A DNA stretch of 64,000 bases from the human T2T-CHM13v2.0 reference genome, Homo sapiens: assembly GCF_009914755.1 (NCBI RefSeq), contig NC_060947.1; one strand, 5' to 3'. Position numbers and translations under genes: made by a program. Shown piece by piece: positions 1 through 11,412 of this stretch (position 1 is the first letter of the stretch; every line of letters begins with the position of its first letter). Under the pieces are notes generated by a model. The model had not been told where the DNA came from, searched no databases, and worked only from the letters and a program-made list of their open reading frames with translations.

Positions 1-73
1 AGTAGAGAGTCATAGAATATGAGTAAATACTAAACTCATATACACGATGCATAAAACACTATTTCCCTGTAAA

Positions 74-182
74 GCAGTAGACAATGAAGGTTCCTGCTCA
101 GAAACCATGGGGTATGAGCAGACAAGCATGCTGCATGCTCAGACAACCATGGTGCATGAGCAAAAACCTACAATATAAAAGC
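74..182 (-). ncRNA. MIR767: microRNA precursor mir-767 (5p at 134-156, 3p at 100-122)
   Basis: Reverse complement of 134-156 = UGCACCAUGGUUGUCUGAGCAUG (miR-767-5p) and of 100-122 = UCUGCUCAUACCCCAUGGUUUCU (miR-767-3p); the arms pair; location in GABRA3 intron 1 matches the known cluster. Confidence 0.97.
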
Positions 183-669
183 AGGTGGGTGTGATACAAG
201 AGTGAATAACACAATGAGGAATATGCCCAGATGGACAGGACATATGAATAAAGGAAACATAACACATGAATACAACTTATTTAGGCAAACAGCATATGAC
301 AATGATGCTGGAGGAGATATCATGGCACATACTCAGGCAATCATGGTGCATGAGCAACTAACACTAATATTTGACTGTTAAACCACGATGTACACCCAGA
401 TATCCCAACAAAAATAAGCTGATGACCATAATATAGGAGCAGATGAACAAGGATATTGAAGAAGATGCTGATAATAAAATAGCAGAAAACGATAGTGCAG
501 TAGCTAATAGAATACTACAGATGGCAACGATTCAAATGACTGCCATGGCATATACTTATATAATGATGCTTTAAACACTATCACAAGTATCAGCATTTGA
601 CCATAATGCACACTTAGAGAACTCCAGAATTTGAGCTGACAATTATTATACACGATCAAGGGACACAGT

Positions 670-726
670 ATCATTATCATCATTGTCATGTCATCATCAT
701 CATCATCATTGTTATCATCATCATCA
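670..726. repeat. (CAT)n imperfect microsatellite
   Basis: tcattatcatcattgtcatgtcatcatcatcatcatcattgttatcatcatcatca; abuts the 3' end of the minus-strand MIR. Confidence 0.9.
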
Positions 727-744
727 CTACCTGCCAGGCAGTAT

Positions 745-935
745 TAAAAATATTTTATGTATAATAGCTTATACAATCCTCACAATAACCTTACTACTTT
801 TTTTGTCATTTTGCAGGAAACTGAAGCATGAAGATACGAATTGATGTGTCCATTTCATGAACTGATGTGTCCAAGATCTCATAGCTAGTAAGTGGATAAT
901 CCAGGATTCAAATTCAGTCATTTTGGCTCCACTAT
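745..935 (-). mobile_element. MIR SINE fragment
   Basis: aatcctcacaataacc...ggaaactgaagc...tgtccaagatctcatagctagtaagtgg...ggattcaaa resembles the reverse complement of the MIR core. Confidence 0.75.
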
Positions 936-1064
936 CCATTATTGTAAATATGACAATAAATGACAATATGCTGTGATTCTTCTGACAGACATGATACCAG
1001 ATTTTAAAACAGAGCAGAAAAATGAGTGGCTTTGTTCCAGAAGCAGATGGCAATGTTGCAAAAG

Positions 1065-1145
1065 TAGACACCATAGCACATGCTCAAACATCCGTGGTGC
1101 ATAAGCAGCCACCACAGGAGTCTGAGCATTTGACCACGATGCACA
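1065..1145 (-). ncRNA. MIR105-2: microRNA precursor mir-105-2 (5p at 1111-1133, 3p at 1074-1095)
   Basis: Reverse complement of 1111-1133 = UCAAAUGCUCAGACUCCUGUGGU (miR-105-5p) and of 1074-1095 = ACGGAUGUUUGAGCAUGUGCUA (miR-105-3p). Loop GCUUAUGC and 3' flank CUAUGGUG match my recollection of copy 2 rather than copy 1, which should lie just left of the window. Confidence 0.95.
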
Positions 1146-2615
1146 CACAGAAGATCTGCAACATGAGCTGATACCAGGTTATAGGGAGTAGACAGATGAC
1201 AAAGGACAGAGAAAACTCATCACAATAGTGAAAGACATGGTGTAGAAATTAATATACATAGTACAAAATACTCATTCCCAGTACAAGTAGACAATGATTG
1301 TGTATTTTCACACAAGTGTGGTGTTTAAGTTTAAATACGTAGTACAACTTCAATCACAGTATATGAGCACAAATTCATTATGTATGTTTATATTATCATG
1401 GAGAATAGGTCAATTCATACATGAAAAAGGGGATAGATATGGTATCCCAGCAAAGAATCACAGAGTAAAAACTGCTCAGGTGATACAAAAAATACGGGTA
1501 TGTATGGCATTTTGTCAAAAAGAAGATCAAAATAATACAGGATGTTCAGATGAATAAGATGCCAAAAAGCATGTTTTAATATGTGTTCATGAGGTCCAGT
1601 CAGACACCTACAGGACATAGGCTATCAATTATGACACAGGTGCAGATGGACATGATATGGAAATAAAACATGGTGTGATTCTTACTTGGGTAGATATGGT
1701 ATGTAATCAAAAATAACCATGCAAGCAATTAATGACTTTGGCCCAAGAGAAGATGACAGTGGTACAAAAAAAAGACTCACATGGACATAATGACTCATAA
1801 AAAAAATAACCATGGTGATTGACTCTACACATTTGTGTTTGGGCATGATATAAATCCAAACGATCCCATTACACAAACTAACAGCTATGATACAGTTAGT
1901 AAGCATGATACAGGAACAGACAGCAAATATGGAGAAAATACCCATTCTGCAGGAGCCAGTGACCACAATTCAGGAACTAATATTCATGTTATTAAAGTTA
2001 TCATTCTCCACACAGAAGGAGATTATGTTTATTTTTTACACATTAATGATGGGTGAGCAATATCTATGATGTATACACAGAGAATCAATTAGTATACACA
2101 TACAATACACAAGCAGTTGGCTATCCTTCAGGAGTGGTATCCATTCAGACGCATGTCCCTATCCGATATCCACAATACTGAATCAAGTTTTCAGTTAAGG
2201 ATAAGATGACAGTGGTGCAAAATGACACCTCATGCCATATGCTCAGATGGCTCTTTTGTTTGAGCATCTGATCATGGTGCACAACTTAACAACCATAAAA
2301 TGTGAGGTAATGAATGATAATAGAGAAGACTATATCCCAAGACTATATCGCTGTAAATACGCAAAATACAGGAACAGTTGGATATAGTACAAGAGCAAAA
2401 AGCAATGTTGAAGTAGGAGCCCGACATGACTGATATATGAGCTAGTAACATGCTGCACAGTGTGATAACCATGACATAGAAGTTGGTCAATCACAGATCA
2501 ATCTCAAACATCAGTGATATATGAACAGAGAACTAAGCTGTAGTGCTTCCTCGGATGAACACATGCCTAATTTAAAAGCTATAACATAAAAGCAAATGTC
2601 TCCAAATGTAAATGC

Positions 2616-3063
2616 TATTATGGGTTGAATTGTGTTCTACAAAAGAGGGGCACTGAAGTTATAACTCCCAGTACCTGTGGATGTGACTTTATTTGGTAAT
2701 AGGGTCTTTGTAGATGTAATCAAGTTAAGATGCCTTTATAATGGATTAGGGTCAGCCCTAAATCCAATCACTGGTGTCTTTATAAGAAGGGGGAAATTTA
2801 GATATAACAGACAACGAGAGAAAACCATATGACAATGAAGTTAGAGATTGGAGTGATGCTGCCACAAGCCAAGAAACACTTGGGATTACCAGAAGCTGAA
2901 AAATGCAAGGATGACTCCTTTGCTAGGCTCGAGAGAGAGCACGGCTTTACTGACACTTTGATTTAGAACTTTTAGCCTCCAGAACTGTGAGAAAAACATT
3001 TCTGTTGTTTTAAGCCACCTAGTTTAAAGCACTTTGTTGTGGCATCCTTGGGAAACAAATACA
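2616..3063 (+). mobile_element. MaLR solo LTR, MLT1B/MLT1C-like
   Basis: Starts tattatgggttgaattgtg; contains gatgtaatcaagttaagatg and ccagaactgtgaga; ends gggaaacaaataca. Confidence 0.85.
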
Positions 3064-3891
3064 GATGACATTGTTACAAAAGGACTCTGAGACATGTTTA
3101 AATGACTGCATGGTGTATAAATATCTCCCCCTGTAGTTTTACCACCTGAACAAAAATCACACTCAGAAAACCCCTAAATATTATCAGGAAGTCATGATGT
3201 ATGAACTGACAGCCATAGTACAGTGTGCTCACAATCATCTATTATTAGAAGTAGAGAGTAGTAGAATCATCCAAATACCTTGTGACTATAGTCAACATTG
3301 TACATGAGGATACTACATTGATATGTTAAACAATGCAACATGCCAAGAAAATAATTCATGAGTTGGAAATCACAACACAATAGCCTTAAGCTCCGGGACA
3401 GGTGTATACCATCATGGTAAATGTTCAGATAAACTTTAAACAAGGTAAATTGCACCTAACACAGAAGTCACTGGCTCTGGCTTGATACATGGGCAAATAT
3501 AACTAACATGCTTGAAAATCATGACATATGACATCATAAACATGGTTCACGTTCATGTGCATAAACTCTTCTTATATAGGAGCAGATACTTATAATTCAG
3601 GATCAGAAGGCCATGGTGCTTGCTTGGATACCTAAGCATGCAGAATCATATTACAGTGACAAAGGGCAATACTTCAGGGAAAGATAACCATAGAATCACG
3701 CAACATATCATGTTAACACAGCATTGGTGTGTGAGCCAAAGGCCATGGTGCAAGAGTAGGTTACCCTAAGTCTAAAGGCATACAATCTCTGCAGAAGCTG
3801 GTCCCAGGGAAATGCACTGAGGAGTGAAGGCATATTTGGCTTCTATAAGAGACGGCTTGTGAGAACCACACTCTTTACACCTTCTGTGGCT

Positions 3892-4003
3892 TCAGTGATC
3901 AAATAACTTATGGCCAAAACTTGGACACTTTGGAAAAAGCAAACTTTAATATGCCAAGATAATAGGTGTAAACCAGGACTATAGTAGACATATGGTCACC
4001 CTG
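3892..4003. mobile_element. hAT-Blackjack non-autonomous element (MER94-like)
   Basis: aaaacttggacacttt...ggtgtaaaccaggact...catatggtcaccct terminal motif. Confidence 0.55.
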
Positions 4004-4424
4004 CCTATGGTCATTTAAGATTTCTCTTCAACCTGATAACCAAACAAAAATCTTTTTCCTTTTTAGAATATCCTGCAAATGCTATTTCTAACAGAAGCAG
4101 AAGCCACAGGTGACAGGTTATGCTTCAGGTAGGAAATGTTCTTGATCACATCAAAACTCTAGATCTCGGGGAGTAAACAAACTCTACTTATTACTACCCT
4201 CTTAAAGTCCTCTTCACTCCAGACTATTTGTATTCCGAATAAACATTTAGTACTTCAGCCATTCAGCAATATTGAGAAAAAATCTTGAATGATCCATCTA
4301 TGACTTTGCCTCGACCATTAACCTTTCTAAAATATACTTATTTTCCCCTATTTTATTTTTCTTTTCTTTCTAATTTTCTTACACGAAAGGAGAAATTTCT
4401 CCTGTTTATTATGTCTCTTCAACT

Positions 4425-4560
4425 TCTCTCAGAGCACCATTTCTCACATTTATGGATCGGGCACAATAACCACCTTATCGAGCTGTCGGGATTAAATAAG
4501 ATACTGTCGAAGTATCTATCCCAAGGTGAAGCATGTAGTAGGTGCTTGGTGACAATGTCA
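4425..4560 (+). mobile_element. MIR fragment
   Basis: ctcagagcaccatttctcacattta...gggattaaataagata...gtaggtgcttgg; degenerate MIR 3' half. Confidence 0.5.
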
Positions 4561-5329
4561 TCAACAGCACTATTACTCTGTCATCAAGTCCTTTGCTGCT
4601 GGGCTATCACAATTGACACCCTCTAAGGCTACCCTGACTGTTAGGAATGGCCCAGGGCCATTCTGCAGTCTTTATTTGGGTGACTTTAGTTATAATCTCT
4701 TCCCTCAGGATCAGACCATTAGCTTTTATGTCTACTTGTGGCCACAACTGCAACCTCCTTTCCTCTTGGTTTCAATTCTGCCTCAGCCTAAGGAAACAAA
4801 AAAGATTCCCAAGCATGCCTAAGTCCTGTTTAAATGGGTTAGGCTCTGAATAAGGTCAGATAGCTCAAGTGGCTTGGCTTTCATATTATATCTGCCAGCT
4901 GGAGTTTTTCCACCTTTTTTTTTTTTTTTTGGCTCTACAGCCCTGTTCTGTTCCTAAGGGCCAGGCCCACAAGGGATACTTCAGAACCACCAATCTATTC
5001 CTCCAGATGACACAGCAGACCCTAAAGAGAATTGCTCTAACTTAAATAACTTCTAACCTCACCATTTTTCTGGCCCTTCCCAGCCTTTGGCTGTGGTTCT
5101 TATGAGAGGGAGGACAGTGTTGACCCATATGTCATTGGTTCTAAACTAGCTATGATCTCTTTGTTACTGCCACCCATCTAACAACCTGAGGCTCTTAGAA
5201 AACAGAATGAAGGGTATAGAAAAAAAACTATTAGGAAAGAGACATATTTTTCTCCTTTTATATAAAAAGTACAGAAGTTTTGAAACAATTCAGATTTAAT
5301 TTGCTGATATATGTTTCTACTTAGACAAA

Positions 5330-5605
5330 CATTAAATTCTATAACATACATAATGTCAACATAGGAAAATACCAAGTTTGTGATTGCACATACCAATAAA
5401 TAAATACATTTGCTCAAGAATATTTTTAAAAAAAGCATACAACCATGTTGTGTGCTCAGAATACCATAGTACACAAGCAAACAAGCATGGAAGAGAATCA
5501 GGTGGTTACAGTTAAGGAACACAGAAAAGAAGCAATCATGGTGTGGGAATGTGTCTCCAAGATGTGTGTGGAGATAGTCATGATATATCAATATGCACTC
5601 AGCCT
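5330..5605. repeat. Outlying island of the same 21-bp repeat
   Basis: AGCATACAACCATGTTGTGTG|CTCAGAATACCATAGTACACA|AGCAAACAAGCATGGAAGAGA (5434-5496) in exact 21-nt phase. Confidence 0.65.
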
Positions 5606-5864
5606 GCAAGGGGATAAAACATTTTACTTTCTCAGAAGAAGCAAAAAGAATTTGATTGATGGCTTGGGGAGAACTAATTTCTGGTCAGATAATCTAGTTC
5701 CCAAGAGGCAAGCTTCCTACTCTATCTAGTAAAGACTCACACAGATCAGGGCTGAGGAAAGAGACAATCTCAGTCCTAATTCTTGGAAGTATCTTAAGAT
5801 AATAGAGGTGTGCCATCACAGCCACTCAGGCTAGGTGAGTATAATGCTCAAACAGACACAAGTT

Positions 5865-6430
5865 TAATCCATGTATTCATGTTCTCAGAAAATATTTTAC
5901 AATTGTGCTAAATTCAGACAACACAGTATTCAACAAAATAAGGATTCTCAACTTTAAGGGGTTGATAGTTTACTGGAAAGAAATGCTAATTATTATGAAG
6001 TATGATTTGGGGAATAGAGGAAGATATCACTGGGAAGTTTCTGAGTAGGAACTGGTGAAGCTCAGATTTTAAAAAAAATAAAAAGAAGCGGAAGAATTTT
6101 CTATCACATATGAAGACCAAAGGGAGCCAAAGATCATACTAGGCTAGAAAATATGAAAGTAGTTCAGTACTTCTGAAGCAAAGAGAAATAAGAGGAGAGT
6201 GGATAGAAATAAAACCAGAGAGGTAAGCAGAAACAGTTCATGTGTGGTCTCACAAGCCACTTCAAAGAGTTTAGGTTTGATTTTTAGAGAAAAGAGAAAC
6301 CACTGAAGAATGCTGTCACACTAGCAGATTTGCATATTAGAGAGAGCTTTCTGATTGCTAGATACAGATTGGATTTAAAAAGACTAAACTAGAATCAAGA
6401 TTGGAAGTGAAATTGATGCTGGGACATTGA
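5865..6430 (-). mobile_element. L2 LINE fragment
   Basis: Purine-rich degenerate sequence with motifs typical of reverse-complemented L2 3' region (gagtttaggtttgat...ccactgaagaat...agatttgcatattag). Confidence 0.55.
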
Positions 6431-6852
6431 GTAAGAGGATCCAGTCAGACATAGCGAGGTGATTTTGCAATAGCTAGAAGGAAGACTGCAAAACTCTACA
6501 GGAATAGCTTTGAAGTTCTGAGCACCCCTAGAGCCCCAACCTAAGGGAACCCTAGTGACTTACCTATTTGGTAAAGACATCATCAGACAGACAAACACCA
6601 CCTTCTGTAGTATGAATCAAGGCCTTTATGTTGAAGAGCTAAAATGGACAACATACAGTGGGGACCTCAACATTGCAAGTGAAAATATGAGGCAGAGAAA
6701 CTGGGGAAAGGGGTTCTCTCTTTTTGAGCAAAGAGGATACACACACGTCACTCTGAAATATATAAAATATTTTCTCACGTTAATTTATGTTTTATTAATA
6801 TTAGTTTTATTTACTCATTTAGGAACCTAGACATTAAATTTAAATACAAGTA

Positions 6853-7189
<337 letters not shown>

Positions 7190-7209
7190 TTAAATAGTGG
7201 CTCTCTTAG

Positions 7210-7848
7210 TGTGGTAGCAAGATTTTGGTCCCCATGATCTCTGTCCCCTAGTATTATCCCTATGAATATGTAAACATTACACAACCAAAGAGACTTTGCA
7301 TATGGAATAGTTGATAATCAACTGACTTTAAAATAGATATAGTATCCTGGATTACCCAGGTGGGTCCAATATAATTACATGAGCCTTTAAAAGCAAAAGA
7401 GGAAGGGCAGAGTAAGAGATCAGAGAGATGGGGCAGAGGAAGAGGCAGGAGAGATTCAAAGTGTAAAATGTCCTCAATCCTCCATTGATGCTTTTGAAGA
7501 TGAAGGGATCCCATGATCCAGGGAATGTAGGTGACCTCTAAGAGCTGATAAAGAAAACTCTGGCCAACAGCCAGCAAGGAAACAAGGACCTCAGTTTAAC
7601 AACCACGTAAAACAGAAGTCTGTCAACAACCTGAGTGAGCTTGCAAGCATATTCATCACCAGAGCCTCCAGAAAAATAATGTAGCCCTTACAATATTTTG
7701 ACTTCGTCTTTGTGAGACTCTTTAAGAAAAGGACCCAGGTCAGCCAACCAGACTTCTTATCTATAAAGCTGTGAGATATAAAACGTGTGTTTTTTTAAAC
7801 TGTTACATTTGTAGTAGTTTGTTACATCAGCAATAGAAAGATAATACA
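7210..7848 (+). mobile_element. MaLR solo LTR, MLT1E-like
   Basis: tgtggtag...ataataca termini flanked by a perfect 5-bp TSD CTTAG (7205-7209, 7849-7853); internal cctggattacccaggtggg and gcaaggaaacaaggacctcag. Confidence 0.88.
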
Positions 7849-7913
7849 CTTAGGCTCTTTATCTCTAACAGGAGGATAATAGTTCTTTCTTTTGGAATGT
7901 GTGATGATTTAAT

Positions 7914-7918
7914 GTGTG

Positions 7919-7952
<34 letters not shown>

Positions 7953-7962
7953 AACACATATA
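7914..7962. repeat. (TA)n(CA)n compound microsatellite
   Basis: Direct reading. Confidence 0.9.
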
Positions 7963-8064
7963 CTCTACAAATTGATTAGAGTACACAGCATGCACTGAGT
8001 ATCCAATAAGTGGCGGCAAGTGATGTTACATTAATATAATAAATTATATCTGTGCTCTTATGAT

Positions 8065-8265
8065 GTATTTTGCCATTCATTATCAGATTTTATCCTTATC
8101 ACAATCATGATAGGTAAGCAAGGTAAGAATTTTTCAACTTACATAACAGATAAAAATCTAAAACACAAAGAGGTTTTTACTTGCTCACAAACCAATTACT
8201 AATAAGTGTAAAAGAAGGGACTGAACTGAAAACCTCTGACTCTTGGTCAAATGATATTTCCATAG
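8065..8265 (-). mobile_element. MIR fragment
   Basis: atccttatcacaatcatgataggtaag...cagataaaaatctaaaacacaaagagg...acttgctcac...gactgaactg. Confidence 0.55.
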
Positions 8266-10170
8266 TTTACTTAAAATGTAAATATTTCTGGAAGAACTTT
8301 CTATGATGGCGAAAATTCAGTTATACTATTGGGAGTGGGAGGAATACTTTTTGCTCGAGTTGTTGTTTGATGCCTCCAATGTAGCACAGGGCTGGCCTAG
8401 GCTCTTGGAATGAATATTTGCAAGAAATGTAATTTCACAAAGGGTCTGCTTGGAGACCATTGTAGGAGAACAGCGACTATAGGATAGAGATTTGGATAAG
8501 GCCATGTAGAAACCAGCACTAAGGGATTTAGGAATCTGCTATAGCTCTCTGAAGAGCAAAAACCATGTAGTTCTTAAGTCCAGAGCATTCTGGTTTCAGC
8601 CAAAGCCATTAATCCTCTCTGCTTCCTCCTTCTTCAGCTCACCCACATACCCCTCCCAATAGCTTCACAGTTCAGCTTTATTTCAAAGTTCAAGAATCTC
8701 AGATATAAATGCAGCATGATATCTGAAGCTAGAAAGCAACCACAGGTAGAAGAAGCAAAGGCTACTTTCATATGTCCAAATGAAGAAACACAATAGTACA
8801 GGACCTCCGTAAGGAATACTGTTCATATCTGGATAAATGGTGAACTAAAGCAGAATCTCCTATTCCAGAAGCTGATGGAGGAAAACTTTTCTCTATTCTG
8901 CAGACTGTGCCAACGCCTTAAGCCAATGCTTATCCCTCCAGCCGTCACACACTGTCTACATGTCAAGGTGGGGAAGGACACTAGGAAATTCATGGAAATT
9001 AGCATACAGCGAAAACAAGATTGTCTGTGTGATGTAATCTCTTTTTGCTACACAGATAAATTTAAGGAATAGATTTTAAATTAGCCGTAAGTTTTGGAAC
9101 ATTTCACTTCCTCTACTGAGTCTCAATTTCCTCATTTATAAGATGAATTGGTCAAACTAGATGATGACTAAACTTCTAAGTCTAATAATCTATAATTCAG
9201 AGAAATGTCAACTGAGAATGAAGCAGGAGCATAAAAGCAGCACTGGGTCCCTATGCACCTTTCTTTCCCTATGTCTCAGTTTTACTTCGAATCAGAAACC
9301 TTCAGGATAATAAAGATATACAACAGATATGGAAGTAAAATATTATGATAAAAATGTTGAAATAATTAACTATATAAAAATATTGACTATATAGCATGTG
9401 ACAGATACTGTACCAAGAATGGGGATACAAATATAAAACAGGAAAAATGTCTTCCTGGGGACAGACAAAAACATAACTAACATTTACCATAAAACATAAT
9501 TAAATATCAAAGACAACACTTTATGCACTGTATTGTTGTCCACTTGAAGAAGAAGCCAACCATAATTTGAGAAGGCCAAAGAGAGTATAAAATTGAATAA
9601 AGGAGGTTACATTTTAGTGAAAACTTGGAAGCTATATTAACATAAGAAGAAATAGGATGGACATTTTATAAGAGTTAATACTTTATTTATGTGAAGTCTA
9701 CAGAAAACTTTCTACTTAGTAGTGAAACATTAAAAGGAGTCCCTCTAAAGCTGGGAAGGAGATAAAACTGGCTGCTAACACTAACTTTATTCAATATAGT
9801 ACTAAAATTTCTGGCCAATGAATTAAGCTAAGAAAAAAGAATGAATAAATATTAGAAAAAAGAGAAAAAGTGTTAGTTTGCAATGGAATAATAGTTTACT
9901 ATAAGATGGACAAATAATAAATAAAAATACACTAGTCAATATCCTTTGCAAACATCAACAATAACCAACTAGAGAATGTAATGGAAGAAAAAAGCCATTC
10001 ATATTAGCAAAAAAACTATAAAACTTAGAAATATATATAACAAAATATACACAAAATTTACTAGAAGAAAACTAAAACTTTATGAAGAATTTCTGCTTAT
10101 GGCTATAATGGACAACTTTATATAACAGACCAACTCATCCACCAAGAAAATCTAGAATACTTCCATAAAA

Positions 10171-10215
10171 TGTGTGTGTGCTTGTGTGTGTGCACACGTG
10201 TGTGTATGTGCACAC

Positions 10216-10240
<25 letters not shown>
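10171..10240. repeat. (TG)n microsatellite with interruptions
   Basis: Direct reading. Confidence 0.9.
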
Positions 10241-10246
<6 letters not shown>

Positions 10247-11378
10247 CACCAGGGAGCCAACGCAAATAGGATTTGAAGGGCCAAGATTTTGGAGTTAAAG
10301 AAAACTTGCTGAGGTGAGCCTGATATACTATACTTCTTAACCCCTGTCAGAATTTGCTGACTGGTAAGTTACCAAGTAACTAACACAGCCAGAAAGGCTG
10401 AAAAGTCAAGCAGAAAGCAATGATTAAGAGACAGAGAAGTGGAACACAGTTTCCTACAGTATCACAGAGGTGGTGAAACAAAAATCAAAGTTCAGGGCTT
10501 TATATAACCCAGGTTTTGAAAAACCAAGATCCGGGAGAAAGCAGAAGAGCCAAGAAATGAGTCTGACAGTCTGAGCCACATTTTCCAAGGAGGCATTTAC
10601 TGATTTCTAAATGGTTGTGTTGGAGAACTCAAGCAGAAAAAAAGATGTTAAAATGATTACAAGCTACTCATCAGCAGTATCATGGAGTTTGGGGCCCAGT
10701 AAGGTCAGTGTCCCTGGTAAACCCCCAAAATTTCAGCTGGAATGCTTAAGGGCTACACAAAGAGTAAGGATGGAAAAGAAAGATATGATCCTCTCTTTAA
10801 AAAAGATAACAGAGGACTTTGGGTTCCAGACAAGATGAAATACAATCATTTTCCCCATTCCTCTCAAGTTTTTACAATTAAAACTCTAGACAAACCACAG
10901 CAGAAAATTATAAAAAGTTGCATATAAGTGGAAAGGAAAAGGCAGACTGGCTAGGGACCTTGAAACTTAAGAAACAACATGGCAGGGAGTTCCCTGCATT
11001 TTCTTTTTACCTCCCCCATACCCCAAACTAGGAGTTAGAAAAGCTTGTAACAAAGAACCACCAACAGAGGCAGACAAAAAAAAAGTCCCAAATAAAAGTC
11101 TGCTCTCTCTAGCCAAAGGACCAAGAAAGGGACATCCCAGAAAGACAGAAAACTTATTGACAATACCTGCACTACCCTAGCCAAACACCACAAACAGTCC
11201 ATCACCAGCAGTGAAAGAGGAGGCCAAGTGAGGGGCTCAAACTTTCAACTCCATCCAGCAGTACAGGTAGTCTGAGGTGATGATTCCCTCCTCTGTGGAC
11301 AGAGCACTGGCAGAGGCTGAGTGAGGAGTCTAGACCCCAAACCCTTTCAACCAGGAGAAGCAGGAGAGCCAGGAAGTC

Positions 11379-11380
<2 letters not shown>

Positions 11381-11412
<32 letters not shown>
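11381..11412. repeat. (TTA)n microsatellite
   Basis: Direct reading. Confidence 0.9.

Larger units (their letters stand above)
1..3790. repeat. Degenerate ~21-bp tandem repeat array (approx. AGCAGACAACCATGGTGCATG) hosting MIR767 and MIR105-2
   Basis: In-phase 21-nt units, e.g. AGCAGACAAGCATGCTGCATG|CTCAGACAACCATGGTGCATG (117-158) and CTCAAACATCCGTGGTGCATA|AGCAGCCACCACAGGAGTCTG|AGCATTTGACCACGATGCACA (1083-1145). CATGGTG-like cores recur to ~3750. Runs off the left edge. Confidence 0.75.

Noticed and set aside
1294-2490. Short ORFs in the array with heptad-like content (unit reads QTTMVHE or DNHGA* on +), suggesting a decayed coding repeat exon
   Set aside because: Frames are short and shift constantly, and no splice sites or protein family are recognisable. 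21-nt periodicity alone produces heptads. Cannot be fully excluded for the ancestor.
1-3790. Repeat array resembling a CRISPR-like repeat-spacer structure
   Set aside because: Mammalian DNA; units are contiguous and degenerate with no unique spacers or cas genes.
8823-9072. Overlapping short ORFs in non-repeat sequence
   Set aside because: No recognisable protein similarity or flanking splice signals; GABRA3 coding exons are not in this window.
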